The notes below the pieces were generated by a model that was not told where the DNA came from, searched no databases, and saw only the letters and a program-made list of their open reading frames with translations. A stretch of 64,000 nt of DNA from an uncultured Chloroflexia bacterium (GTDB taxonomy: Bacteria > Chloroflexota > Limnocylindria > Limnocylindrales > CSP1-4), in NCBI GenBank assembly GCA_963833225.1, contig CAWHXD010000008.1, positions 1-64,000 on the forward strand. Reading direction: 5' to 3'. Positions 9,380 through 19,864 of the stretch are shown one piece after another. Each line of letters starts with the position of its first letter. The stretch's first letter is position 1. A program made the translations under genes and the position numbers.

Positions 9380-10373
9380 ATGCCGCCGACCGAAGCCCGC
9401 CCCCAACGCATCCTCGTCCACCCGTTCCAGGCGAACGATCTCGATCCGGCCGCGGCGTTGCTGGCTGAGTGCCATCGCCGGCATCGCCTGGAGGAGCCCC
9501 TCCTTGACCCGGTGTACGAGTCGACCGACGCGGCGCGGCGGGAGATCGAAATCGCTGCTGGTGGCCGACTCGGCGACAGCGTGGGCCGCCACGGCGGATG
9601 GGTCCCTCGTCGGGTTCGTCATTGGGATCTCGAAGGATCCCGCCACCTGGGGTGACAACGTCTGGGTGGAGGCGGCGGGCCACGCCGCGATCGGTCCGGC
9701 TGTCGTCCGGGCGCTCTACGCGGTCGCGGCCGCGGCCTGGGTCGACATGGGTCGGACGAACCATCACGTCCTGGTGCCGGCCACCGCCGAGGACCTGGTG
9801 GGGGCCTGGTTCAGCCTGGACTTCGGGCAGCAGCACGTCCATGCCGTTCGCGAAGCGCCGCCCGAAACCTTCGCCATCGTCCCGAGAGGGGATGTGGTCG
9901 TCCGCCGGGCCGTGCGAGCGGACCTGCCGGCGCTGGCCGAGCTCGAGCTGGTCCTGCCTCGCCACAGCCGGCTGGCGCCGGTGTTCTCGCGCCTCCCGAT
10001 CCAGACGCTTGACGAGGTCCTGACCGAGCTTGAGAGCGACATTGACGATCCGCGGTTCGCGACGTTCGTGTCCGAGACCGCCGGTCGCGTCGTCGGCTCC
10101 GCGACCGGTTGCGCGGTCGAGGTGTCGAGCTCGAACGCGAGCCTCATCCGCCCGGCGCGGGCTGGGTTTCTCGCCTACGCGGCCGTGCTGCCGGAGGCTC
10201 GAGGGCTGGGCGCAGGTCGCGCGCTGGGGGAGACGATCCTCGCCTGGGGCCGGGACGCGGGCCACCAGGCGATCGCGACCGACTGGCGGTCCACCAATCT
10301 CGAGGCCGACGGTGCGTGGCGCAGGCTGGGCTTCCGGCCAACGTTCCGGCGCCTGCACCGGACGATTAGCTGA
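9380..10373 (+). CDS. tandem GNAT acetyltransferase, frameshifted near 9550
   Basis: N-terminus MPPTEARPQRILVHPF..DLDPAAALLAE joins the frame ending VLPEARGLGAGRAL...TDWRSTNLEA...WRRLGFRP after removing one A in GAAAT. Confidence 0.8.
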
Positions 10374-10388
10374 TCGCGCGACGTCGAC

Positions 10389-10428
10389 AAGAAAACCCCC
10401 GGGCTGGACGGCGGTCCAACCCGGGGGT
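10389..10428 (-). terminator. intrinsic terminator of the 5'-nucleotidase gene
   Basis: ACCCCCGGG...CCCGGGGGT stem followed by TTTTCTT on the minus strand, between convergent genes. Confidence 0.75.
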
Positions 10429-10464
10429 GCGGTGATCGCGCCGGTGACCGGCCGGCGGGATCGA

Positions 10465-12237
10465 CTACGGCAGCTCGTTCACCCGGTCGGTTCTCGGAGG
10501 GGCCACCGGGCTGAAGGCGCCGAAGTAGTTGACGAGGGCTTGCAGGTCGCTGCCGCCGTCGGAGCGCGGGGTGGTGATCGTGCCGAACGTGGTGAAGTTG
10601 TCACCGCCATCGGCGAGGAAGTTGTTGACCGTGACGTTGTACATGGCTGCCGGGTCGAGCGCCACGCCGTTGAGCTTCACGTTGCTGATCGTGACCGACG
10701 TGCAGTCGCCTGCGGCGATCGTCGTTGCGAGGTCGTAGGTAAATCCCTCCGACACCCCGAGATGCAGGAACGGCCGGCTCGAGCCGATCGGCTGGCACTG
10801 CTCCTCGAGCACGGAGATGATCTCGGCGCCCGTCATCGCGTACGTGACCAGCTGGTTGTTGAACGGCTGGAACGTGAACGCCTCACCGTAGGTGACGACG
10901 CCGACGCCCTCGCCGGTCGAGTCGGCGTAGGTCAGGTCGGAACGCACGCCACCAGGGTTCATGAGCGCCACCTGGGCTCCGGCCGACGAGGTCGACCACA
11001 GCTGCGCATCAGCCACGAGGTTGCCGGCGGCGGATTCGACACCACGGTCGGACCCATCCACGCCGCCCCGGTTGATGTCGGCCGTGATCGTGCCGACCGG
11101 GGTCGTGCCGGCCGCATCGTAGAGCGGCTGCCACTTGGCGATGATCGCGGTCTGGCGCCGGTCGGGCTTGAGGTCGGCCTGGACGACGATGTGGTTGGTG
11201 GCGGTGCTGAGGTTGCGGCGAACCTCGCCGGACCGCTTGTCGATCATGAGGTTGATCTCGGACACGACGCGGCCATACGAGTAGGCGCTGGTGACGATGC
11301 GTGGCTTGCCGGACGGATCGTCCAGCAGGCAGTTGTAGGGCAGGTGGGTGTGGCCGGTGATGACGGCGTCAATCTCCGGATCGAGCGCGGCGTTGATGGC
11401 AACGATCGGGCCGGAGATGCCGACACAGGAATCAACGTCGCCGGGAGGCGGCGTCTGTGAGCCGCCCTCGTGGAGGAGCACCACGATCGTCTCGACGCCC
11501 TTTCGCTTGAGCTTCGGGACGAGCTTGTTGGCGGTCTGGGCCTCATCGAGGAAGTCCCAGCCGACGATGCCCTTGGCCGCGACCAGGGTATCGGTGGCCT
11601 CGAGCGTCATGCCGATGAACCCGATCTTGACGCCGTCGATCTTCTTGATCCAGTACGGCGGCAGCGGGGTCTTGCCCGTGGTCTCGTTGACGACGTTGGC
11701 GGCCAGCCACTTGAAGTTGGCGCCACCGTACGGGTCATGCGGGAAGTAGCAGCCGTCGACCGGGTGGCAGCCGCCGTACTGCATCCGGATCAGCTCGGTG
11801 ACACCCTCGTCGAACTCGTGGTTGCCAACGCTGGACACGTCGAGGTGCATGGCGTTGAGCGATTCCACCGACGGCTCGTCGTGGAACAGTCCGGAGAACG
11901 CCGGCGAACCGCCGATCAGGTCGCCCGCGGCGACGGTGAGGCTGTTCTGGTGGCCCTTGCGCAGCATGGCGAGCTCGGCGGCAAGGTACTCGGCGCCGCC
12001 GGCGGCGACGCCGTCGATCATGCCGGGCGTGCTGGCTTCCAGGTGGCCGTGGTAGTCGTTGAAGGCCAGCAGCTGGACCGGGACGAACAGCCCTCGTCCG
12101 TGTCCGTGGCCATAGCCGGGCGGGTCGGGATGCGTGTTCCGAACAGGTTGGGCGCCCGCGCCGTCGCGGTCGCGGCCACGAGAGCAGGATGCGGCGAGGA
12201 TCGACAGGGATCGTCGACGTCCGGGGATCATGGGCAC
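10465..12237 (-). CDS. bifunctional metallophosphatase/5'-nucleotidase
   Basis: FNDYHGHL, AGDLIG, VGNHEFD, GHTH, NPGGVRSD, FLADGGDNF motifs. The signal-peptide region looks frame-scrambled. Confidence 0.93.
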   Translation of the reverse strand: MPMIPGRRRSLSILAASCSRGRDRDGAGAQPVRNTHPDPPGYGHGHGRGLFVPVQLLAFNDYHGHLEASTPGMIDGVAAGGAEYLAAELAMLRKGHQNSLTVAAGDLIGGSPAFSGLFHDEPSVESLNAMHLDVSSVGNHEFDEGVTELIRMQYGGCHPVDGCYFPHDPYGGANFKWLAANVVNETTGKTPLPPYWIKKIDGVKIGFIGMTLEATDTLVAAKGIVGWDFLDEAQTANKLVPKLKRKGVETIVVLLHEGGSQTPPPGDVDSCVGISGPIVAINAALDPEIDAVITGHTHLPYNCLLDDPSGKPRIVTSAYSYGRVVSEINLMIDKRSGEVRRNLSTATNHIVVQADLKPDRRQTAIIAKWQPLYDAAGTTPVGTITADINRGGVDGSDRGVESAAGNLVADAQLWSTSSAGAQVALMNPGGVRSDLTYADSTGEGVGVVTYGEAFTFQPFNNQLVTYAMTGAEIISVLEEQCQPIGSSRPFLHLGVSEGFTYDLATTIAAGDCTSVTISNVKLNGVALDPAAMYNVTVNNFLADGGDNFTTFGTITTPRSDGGSDLQALVNYFGAFSPVAPPRTDRVNELP

Positions 12238-12407
12238 GTTCTCCTCCGTCGCATGGGCTGTGTGGTCAGGGGCAGTCCACAGCAGATTGGGATGGTACCC
12301 GCCGCCTCAAGCGTCGGCTACCTGTCCCCACCGGCCCGGTGCCAGCACGCACCGCATTCCGCGACACCGGCCATGCGCATCCAGCCCCGGCCCGGGTCGA
12401 CCGTGTG

Positions 12408-13184
12408 TCAACGCCGGAGGCGCCAGATCATCTCGGCGGGCCAGCGCCGGGCCCAGGCCAGCGTCTCCGCCCCGCGATAGCTGCTGGTGGCGTCCGGGCC
12501 GGGCCGGAGCTCGATCAGGTCCTCGACCATCAGGCCGTTGGCCCGAAACAGCCGGATCCACTCCCCGTACGGCAGCTGGAACGAGATCATGTCGCCGTCA
12601 TCGATGGCGTGCATCCCGAAGTAGTCGATGACGAGGCGGTCGCTGACCTCGTCGGCGTCGAGCGGCCAGCAGATGGTCGCGATCGGGGTTTCGTGGCTGA
12701 ACGCGAACAGGCCACCCGGCCGCAGCAGCCGGGCCGCCTCGGGAACGGTCCGATACGGGTCAGCGAAGGTCGTGGCGCCAAAGTCGCAGAACACGATGTC
12801 AAAGGACTGGTCGGGCAGCGGCACCGCCTCCGCGCTCCCGCAGATGAGCGGGAACTCGACGCCCGCCGCGGCCATCAGGCGCCCGGCGTGCTCCAGCTGC
12901 CGCTCGGAGAGGTCCAGGCCGACCGGTCGTGCCCCGGCTCGGGCCAGCGCAATCGACCATTGGCCGGCGCCGCAGCCGAGCTCAAGGATGTCCCGGCCGA
13001 CGACGTCACCAAGGACGTGCAGCTCCGCCTCGGGGATCTGGGTGGTGCCCCAGGCCATGCCACCGCTGCCTGAGAGCTGGGCGCCGTGGCGCTCCTGGTA
13101 CTCGTCGCTGGACGCGTTCCAGGCGGTCCGGTTGCGGATCGCGTGCCCCGACAGGCCCGCGGGAGTGGTGGGTTCATCGGCCAT
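12408..13184 (-). CDS. class I SAM-dependent methyltransferase
   Basis: ILELGCGAG motif I; GLDLSERQL; SFDIVF; RLLRPGG. Confidence 0.9.
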   Translation of the reverse strand: MADEPTTPAGLSGHAIRNRTAWNASSDEYQERHGAQLSGSGGMAWGTTQIPEAELHVLGDVVGRDILELGCGAGQWSIALARAGARPVGLDLSERQLEHAGRLMAAAGVEFPLICGSAEAVPLPDQSFDIVFCDFGATTFADPYRTVPEAARLLRPGGLFAFSHETPIATICWPLDADEVSDRLVIDYFGMHAIDDGDMISFQLPYGEWIRLFRANGLMVEDLIELRPGPDATSSYRGAETLAWARRWPAEMIWRLRR

Positions 13185-13223
13185 CGGCGCAGTGTAGTCG
13201 GCGCCGGACGTACCCTGTTCATC

Positions 13224-14900
<1,677 letters not shown>

Positions 14901-14903
14901 CGC

Positions 14904-15863
14904 TCAGGGTGCGTCGCCGGTCGGCGGGACTCGCGGGTATCCCAGCTCGTCCATCCGTCGCCCGAGCAGGCGCACCAGCCAGGCAGCCTGTCCTCGGCCG
15001 ATGCTGGCGCGCCAGCGGTCCGCGGCGCCGGCATCGAAGCCCGACTGGCCCAGCTGCGTGCCTCGCGATGTGACCTGCTGCTCCAGCATGGCGGGCTCGG
15101 GGTCGATCCCCAGGAACGCGCACAGGCCGTCGACCGTGCGAGCGGGCGCCTGGGCCAGGTCCTCGAACCGCACCAGCCGGTAGGCGGCCGGGTACCGGCG
15201 CGTCAGCCGGCGGTGGTGGCGGACGGCACCGGCCCACGCCCAGGCGGTCTCGAGCAGGACAAAGCCACGGAACAGCGGTGGCAGCCTGACCAGCCAGCGG
15301 TAGGGGAGCGCGGTGGGGGTCTCGAGCCGGCGCCGGAGCTCGGACACGAAGACCGCGCGCGGATCCCGGATCATGTGCACAACCCGCCCGCCCGGGTACC
15401 ACCCGAGCAGCGTGTCCACGAACGCGACATGCGCGGGGGTCTTCTCGCCCGGGATCACCTTGCCCTTGGTGTCCGCGTACGTTCGCAGCAACGCATGGAA
15501 CTGCCCCTGGTCCGTGCGGGGCGCGGCCCGCAACCGGCGCCCGAGCTCCTTGCGCGGCACCGATCGCTTGAGCCAGCGCCAGAACGGCGACACGGGTCGA
15601 AGCCGGGTTCCGTGCTGGAACGCCGGCGAGTAGATGCGGCGCACGATGCGGCTGATCGTCTCGTCGTCGCCGAGATCCCCCTCACGGCGGAACAGGTCCC
15701 GATAGCCGCCGCCGGGCAGGAGGTGGCCGAGGTAGTGGTTCTCGGGAGCGACTCCCACGCGGGAGTGGCTGTTGAGCACGTTGCGCATCAGCGTCGTGCC
15801 GCTCCGGCTCACCCCGACCACGAAGATGGCCTCGGGTTCCGCCGCGTGTTCCTGGTCGCCCAC
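14904..15863 (-). CDS. sulfotransferase family protein
   Basis: IFVVGVSRSGTTL (5'-PSB loop), GEKTP, IRDPRAVFVS (3'-PB), VRFEDL. Confidence 0.9.
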   Translation of the reverse strand: MGDQEHAAEPEAIFVVGVSRSGTTLMRNVLNSHSRVGVAPENHYLGHLLPGGGYRDLFRREGDLGDDETISRIVRRIYSPAFQHGTRLRPVSPFWRWLKRSVPRKELGRRLRAAPRTDQGQFHALLRTYADTKGKVIPGEKTPAHVAFVDTLLGWYPGGRVVHMIRDPRAVFVSELRRRLETPTALPYRWLVRLPPLFRGFVLLETAWAWAGAVRHHRRLTRRYPAAYRLVRFEDLAQAPARTVDGLCAFLGIDPEPAMLEQQVTSRGTQLGQSGFDAGAADRWRASIGRGQAAWLVRLLGRRMDELGYPRVPPTGDAP

Positions 15864-15948
15864 GGGCCGGAGAGTACACCGCGCCGCACCGCGAGCCTCG
15901 GTGACGGTACCGTAGCGCGGGGCTGGTTCCCGCACGTGGAGGGATGCA

Positions 15949-16317
15949 TTGGACGGATCGGCGAGCGCGATCATCACGGCCGCCCTGGTCCTGTACTCGA
16001 TCGGCGTGTGGAGCGAGCGCCTGGGTGGGCGGCTACGGCCCTGGCACCTCGGGTTCTTCTACCTGGGTCTCCTCTGCGACACCATCGGGACCGGGATGAT
16101 GGTCGATTTCGCCGGCGGACTGACCTTCGACGTGCACGGGATCAGTGGCCTGCTGGCGATCCTGCTGATGCTGGTGCACGCGGTCTGGGCGACGATCGTC
16201 CTGGTCCGCCGGGACGAGGTGTGGATCCGCAAGTTCCACCGCTTCAGCCTCGTCGTGTGGGCGATCTGGCTGATCCCGTACTTCAGCCCGATGGTGTTCG
16301 CGATCGCCACGCGCTGA
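15949..16317 (+). CDS. HsmA/TIGR03987 family small membrane protein
   Basis: ALVLYSIGVWSE...WHL..F..GL.CDTIGT..M...HG..G..AI.LM..HA.WA...FH.FS..VW.IWL.PY pattern. Confidence 0.8.
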   Translation: MDGSASAIITAALVLYSIGVWSERLGGRLRPWHLGFFYLGLLCDTIGTGMMVDFAGGLTFDVHGISGLLAILLMLVHAVWATIVLVRRDEVWIRKFHRFSLVVWAIWLIPYFSPMVFAIATR

Positions 16318-16331
16318 GGAAGGGACGAGCG

Positions 16332-16862
16332 TCAGCCCGGCGTCGGCGCTTCGCGGGTCTCGTCACCGGGATCGGTCGTCGCGAGCGCCGCTCCGATCTC
16401 GCCGGCATAGGCGCGGATCGCGTCCCAGTCCCGGAAGTCGCCGATCGGGTGGGTCAGGAGGACCTGGGAGTCGATTGGGGCATTCGCTGCCAGTCGCCCG
16501 CCAAACGTCCGGTGGTCACGCACCCCGAGGCCGTGCGTGATCTCCGCCGCGTGGGCGGAGATCGGGAGCCGGGCGCGAGCAAGCTGCTCGTCGAGCGGGC
16601 CGCTGCTCCACAGCCAGAGTGGCCGGGCGGCGAGCGCGTCCCGGAAGCGATCGACGAACCGTCGCGCGTCCCGCTGCCAGTGGGCAGCATAGATCGCGCT
16701 GCCGAGGACGACCGCGTCCCAGTCGTCGAGGCTGCTGACCTGGCGGACCGGATGGGCGGCGGCTTGATGGCCGCGGTCACGGAGCACGGCGGCAATGGCT
16801 TCGGCGACCTCGGCATTCGAACCAAGCTTGGTGGCGTAGGCAACGAGGACGCGGGCTGGCAC
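16332..16862 (-). CDS. flavodoxin-domain protein (HemG-like)
   Basis: VLVAYATKLGSNAEVA, AVVLGSAIY, SSGP, FGGRL, GDFRDWDAI. Confidence 0.85.
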   Translation of the reverse strand: MPARVLVAYATKLGSNAEVAEAIAAVLRDRGHQAAAHPVRQVSSLDDWDAVVLGSAIYAAHWQRDARRFVDRFRDALAARPLWLWSSGPLDEQLARARLPISAHAAEITHGLGVRDHRTFGGRLAANAPIDSQVLLTHPIGDFRDWDAIRAYAGEIGAALATTDPGDETREAPTPG

Positions 16863-16960
16863 GGGATCCCCTTGACAATGGCCCACCAGGCGGCGATGGG
16901 CAGGTTGCCAATCTTGCCCGAAAGGCGGCATCGGTGCAGCGGCGCACCGGGGATGACGCG

Positions 16961-16991
16961 CACGGACCGGCGGGAAACCCGCCGGTCCGTG
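16961..16991. terminator. perfect 14-bp hairpin downstream of the DoxX gene
   Basis: CACGGACCGGCGGG-AAA-CCCGCCGGTCCGTG; no U-tract. Confidence 0.6.
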
Positions 16992-17024
16992 GGTCGCGTG
17001 TCCGGGCTGGGCGCCCGGGCCGGA

Positions 17025-17597
17025 TCAGATGGTGACGCGCACCGGGTTCGTGGCGGTCCCTCCGGCCGCCGGTTGGCCCGACATGAACCACTGGCGGAAC
17101 CTTGCCGGGAACGGGGCGGCCAGCACGCCGTCGAGGCCGTAATACCGGCCGGCGCCGAGGCCTGCGATGGCGAGGCAGACAACCATGTAGGTGAGGTGCT
17201 GGTTCACGATGCCGTTGCTGAACTCCCAGGCGGCGAAGAAGAACAGCAGCATCATCAGGGAACCCATGATCGCGGCGAACCGGGTGAGCGCGCCCAGGAT
17301 GAGGGCGATGCCGATCCCGATCTCACCGGCGACGACGAGGAAGTTGACCACCGTCATCGCACCCGCATTCTGGGACAGGCTGACCCAGAACTCGTGGGTC
17401 GGGTTGTAGATGGTGCCGGGATCGGCGGTTCCGGTGACGAACGGCCAGCCAAGGCTGCCGCCGGTGGCGTGCGCGAGGAAGCCTGCCGCCGAGAAGCCGG
17501 TCAGCAACTTATCGATGCCCGCCCACAGGAAGATGATGCCGACCAGCACGCGCAGCAGCGCGATGCCCGCCATGTGGAGCTTGTTCGTGACTTGCAC
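17025..17597 (-). CDS. DoxX family membrane protein
   Basis: LLRVLVGIIFLWAGIDKL, GEIGIGIALILG..TR.AA, GAGRYYGLDG. Confidence 0.88.
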   Translation of the reverse strand: MQVTNKLHMAGIALLRVLVGIIFLWAGIDKLLTGFSAAGFLAHATGGSLGWPFVTGTADPGTIYNPTHEFWVSLSQNAGAMTVVNFLVVAGEIGIGIALILGALTRFAAIMGSLMMLLFFFAAWEFSNGIVNQHLTYMVVCLAIAGLGAGRYYGLDGVLAAPFPARFRQWFMSGQPAAGGTATNPVRVTI

Positions 17598-17787
17598 GGG
17601 ACGCTGTACCTCCGGACCCTTCCGTCCGGCGACGGACGCCGGCGGCCCTCATGCGGGGTCCTGACTGGCACCCATGACGGGGCCCGGACCTCGGGCTCTG
17701 CTGGGGGCCGCATGGCATGGTACGGGCAGGCCATTGGGAGGACAACTGGTCGCCCTTCTCGAGCGGCGCAGGTCGTAGGCTTGGCCG

Positions 17788-18597
17788 GTGAGCGACACGA
17801 CCGACCGCCTGGTCCCCGCCGATCCTCGCGTCGATGCGCCGTCCGCGGCTTCCCGTCTCCGGGCCTGGCTCGCGGCAGCTCCGCCGGATGGCGCGAGCCC
17901 GGCCGACCTCCGCACGGTGGAGGTCCTTGGCCTCCGGCTTCCGCTCCGCGCCACGGTGGCGGTCCTGGCCGTGTCGCTCATCCTGCTGCTCGACTATCAC
18001 GGACGGATTGACGGGTTGGTCGAGGCCGTCCTGGGGCCGTTTGGAGAGGGGACCGCCTCGGCCAAGCGCGTCCAGTCGCTGGGCCGCCTCATCCTCGAGG
18101 GCCTCGTTCCCCTGGCGCTGGTCGTGTTCGTGCTCCGGGACCGGCCCTCCCGCTATGGGCTGCGGCTCGGGGACTGGCGGGCGGGGGCCGCGGTCGCCGT
18201 TGGGGGGTGTGCGGTCATGACGCCCGTGGTCGTGGCGCTCGTCCACCTGCCGGCGTTTGCGGCCTACTACGCGCCCCAGGCGGCATCGCCGCTCGACGTT
18301 GGGCTCACCACCGCCCTGGAGGTCATCCCGGCCGAGTTCTTCTACCGCGGGTTCCTCCTGTTCGCCCTGCTTCGCGTCGCGGGCCCGATCGCCGTCGTCA
18401 TCGCCACCCTGCCATTCGCCTTCGTGCACCTCGGCAAGCCGGAGCTCGAGACCCTGAGCACGCTCGGCGGGGGGCTCCTCTACGGCTGGCTGGACTGGCG
18501 CACCGGCTCCGTGCTGTGGAGCGGGCTTGCCCATACCTGGATCCTGGGGGTCGCGGTCGTGGCCGCGGGTGCGATCGGCGGCGGCCCTGCCGGCTGA
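17788..18597 (+). CDS. CPBP family intramembrane glutamic endopeptidase
   Basis: EFFYRG, FAFVH, AHTW motifs; multi-TM. Confidence 0.88.
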   Translation: MSDTTDRLVPADPRVDAPSAASRLRAWLAAAPPDGASPADLRTVEVLGLRLPLRATVAVLAVSLILLLDYHGRIDGLVEAVLGPFGEGTASAKRVQSLGRLILEGLVPLALVVFVLRDRPSRYGLRLGDWRAGAAVAVGGCAVMTPVVVALVHLPAFAAYYAPQAASPLDVGLTTALEVIPAEFFYRGFLLFALLRVAGPIAVVIATLPFAFVHLGKPELETLSTLGGGLLYGWLDWRTGSVLWSGLAHTWILGVAVVAAGAIGGGPAG

Positions 18598-18641
18598 GCC
18601 GCGTCCGGCATCTACCGCCAGGTCGCCGTATGCTCGGCGGC

Positions 18642-19643
18642 ATGCCCCGCGATGACGCTCCCCCCGAGCTGACGGCGCTTGCCGATGCCCGTGCCGCGGC
18701 GCGCCGTGCCCGCGACTGGGCGACCGCGGATGCCCTCAAGTCGCGCATCGAGGAGGCCGGCTGGAAGGTGATCGACTCGGGCTCGTTCTACGACCTCGAG
18801 CGCGCGTCCGCGCCGGATCTCGAGACCGACGGGATCGTGCGCTACGGATCCAGCGCATCGGTCCCGTCGCGGCTCGCGGAAGCGCCGGTCGGCGTGGCCA
18901 CCGTCCTGCTCGTCGTCAGCGACGGGCCGCACGATCTTGCCCGCGCCGTCGGGGGACTCGCGGCCCATGCGCCCGACGGCACCCGCGTCATCGTGGTCGC
19001 CAACGGGGCGTCCGACGACATCGAGGCGCTGGCGGGTGCGCTGGACGCCGCGGATCCGGGGGCCCCGGGCGTGATCACCGACGTGGTTCGCACCTCTGCG
19101 CGACTGGGCTGGGCGGCGGCGCTCAACGCGGGCATCCGGCGCGCCACAGCGCCGGTCGTCGTGGTCCTCGATCCGTCGATCGAGGTGAAGGGCGACCTCG
19201 TGTCTGCCCTGGCCAGCGCGCTGGAGGACCCCACGGTCGCCGTTGCGGGCCCCTTCGGGCTCGTGTCGGAGGACCTGCGGGACTTCCACGCCGCCCCGCC
19301 GGGCTCGTTGGACGTGGACGTCATCGACGGCGTCGCCTTCGCGTTCCGCCGGGCGGACTATGTCGAACGTGGTCCGCTCGACGAGCATTTCGCGTCCAGC
19401 GAGAGTCTCGACGCATGGTGGAGCCTCGTGCTCCGCGACGTGGCCGACGATGCCGACGAGGCAACGGAATCCCGCCGGGCGGTCCAGGTCGGCTCCGGCC
19501 TCGTCGAGCGGCACCCTCGGTCGGATCCGGAAGGACCGTCGCAGCCCGATCAGGAGCGGCTCGCTCGCCGGAACCGGTACCGCCTCCTCAAGCGGTTTGC
19601 CACCCGTCGCGACCTGCTGGTGGGCAGCGGGCCCGCCGGCTGA
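18642..19643 (+). CDS. CysRS anticodon-binding-like domain fused to a GT2 (GT-A) glycosyltransferase
   Basis: N-terminus LADARAAARRARDWATADALKSRIEEAGWKVID resembles the CysRS C-terminus; then VIVVANG, LGWAAALNAGIRRA..PVVVVLD, GPLDEHF. Confidence 0.8.
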   Translation: MPRDDAPPELTALADARAAARRARDWATADALKSRIEEAGWKVIDSGSFYDLERASAPDLETDGIVRYGSSASVPSRLAEAPVGVATVLLVVSDGPHDLARAVGGLAAHAPDGTRVIVVANGASDDIEALAGALDAADPGAPGVITDVVRTSARLGWAAALNAGIRRATAPVVVVLDPSIEVKGDLVSALASALEDPTVAVAGPFGLVSEDLRDFHAAPPGSLDVDVIDGVAFAFRRADYVERGPLDEHFASSESLDAWWSLVLRDVADDADEATESRRAVQVGSGLVERHPRSDPEGPSQPDQERLARRNRYRLLKRFATRRDLLVGSGPAG

Positions 19644-19672
19644 AGGGACAACCCGGCCGGCAATCTGGGGCG

Positions 19673-19711
19673 GATCGCCCCAACGCGGCCCAGATCGCCC
19701 CAACGCGGCCC
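19673..19711 (+). repeat. tandem 19-bp direct repeat (2 copies)
   Basis: GATCGCCCCAACGCGGCCC at 19673-19691 and 19693-19711. Confidence 0.8.
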
Positions 19712-19743
19712 TAACGAACGACGCGACCGCTCGTTATCAAGTC

Positions 19744-19805
19744 AGAGGCCTCGCAGACATCATCGTTCCCCCGGCGGTGTGGTACGGCGAGGCCTCTTTT
19801 CTATT
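19744..19805 (+). other. 11-bp inverted repeat with 32-nt loop and T-rich tail
   Basis: AGAGGCCTCGC (19744-54) and GCGAGGCCTCT (19787-97) followed by TTTCTATT. Confidence 0.55.
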
Positions 19806-19864
19806 CCCGGCACCGGCGAGGCGCGCAAACCGGCCTCACCGGTGTCCGCCCGTATACTCCCGCC

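Noticed and set aside
19673-19711. Direct repeats as a CRISPR array
   Set aside because: Only two 19-bp copies separated by 1 nt, with no spacers and no cas genes in the window.
19733-19800. SAM-I riboswitch, suggested by TTATCAAG upstream of an SBP gene
   Set aside because: The following GAG..GG.GGAGGGA..GGCCC core and the closing GAT are absent.
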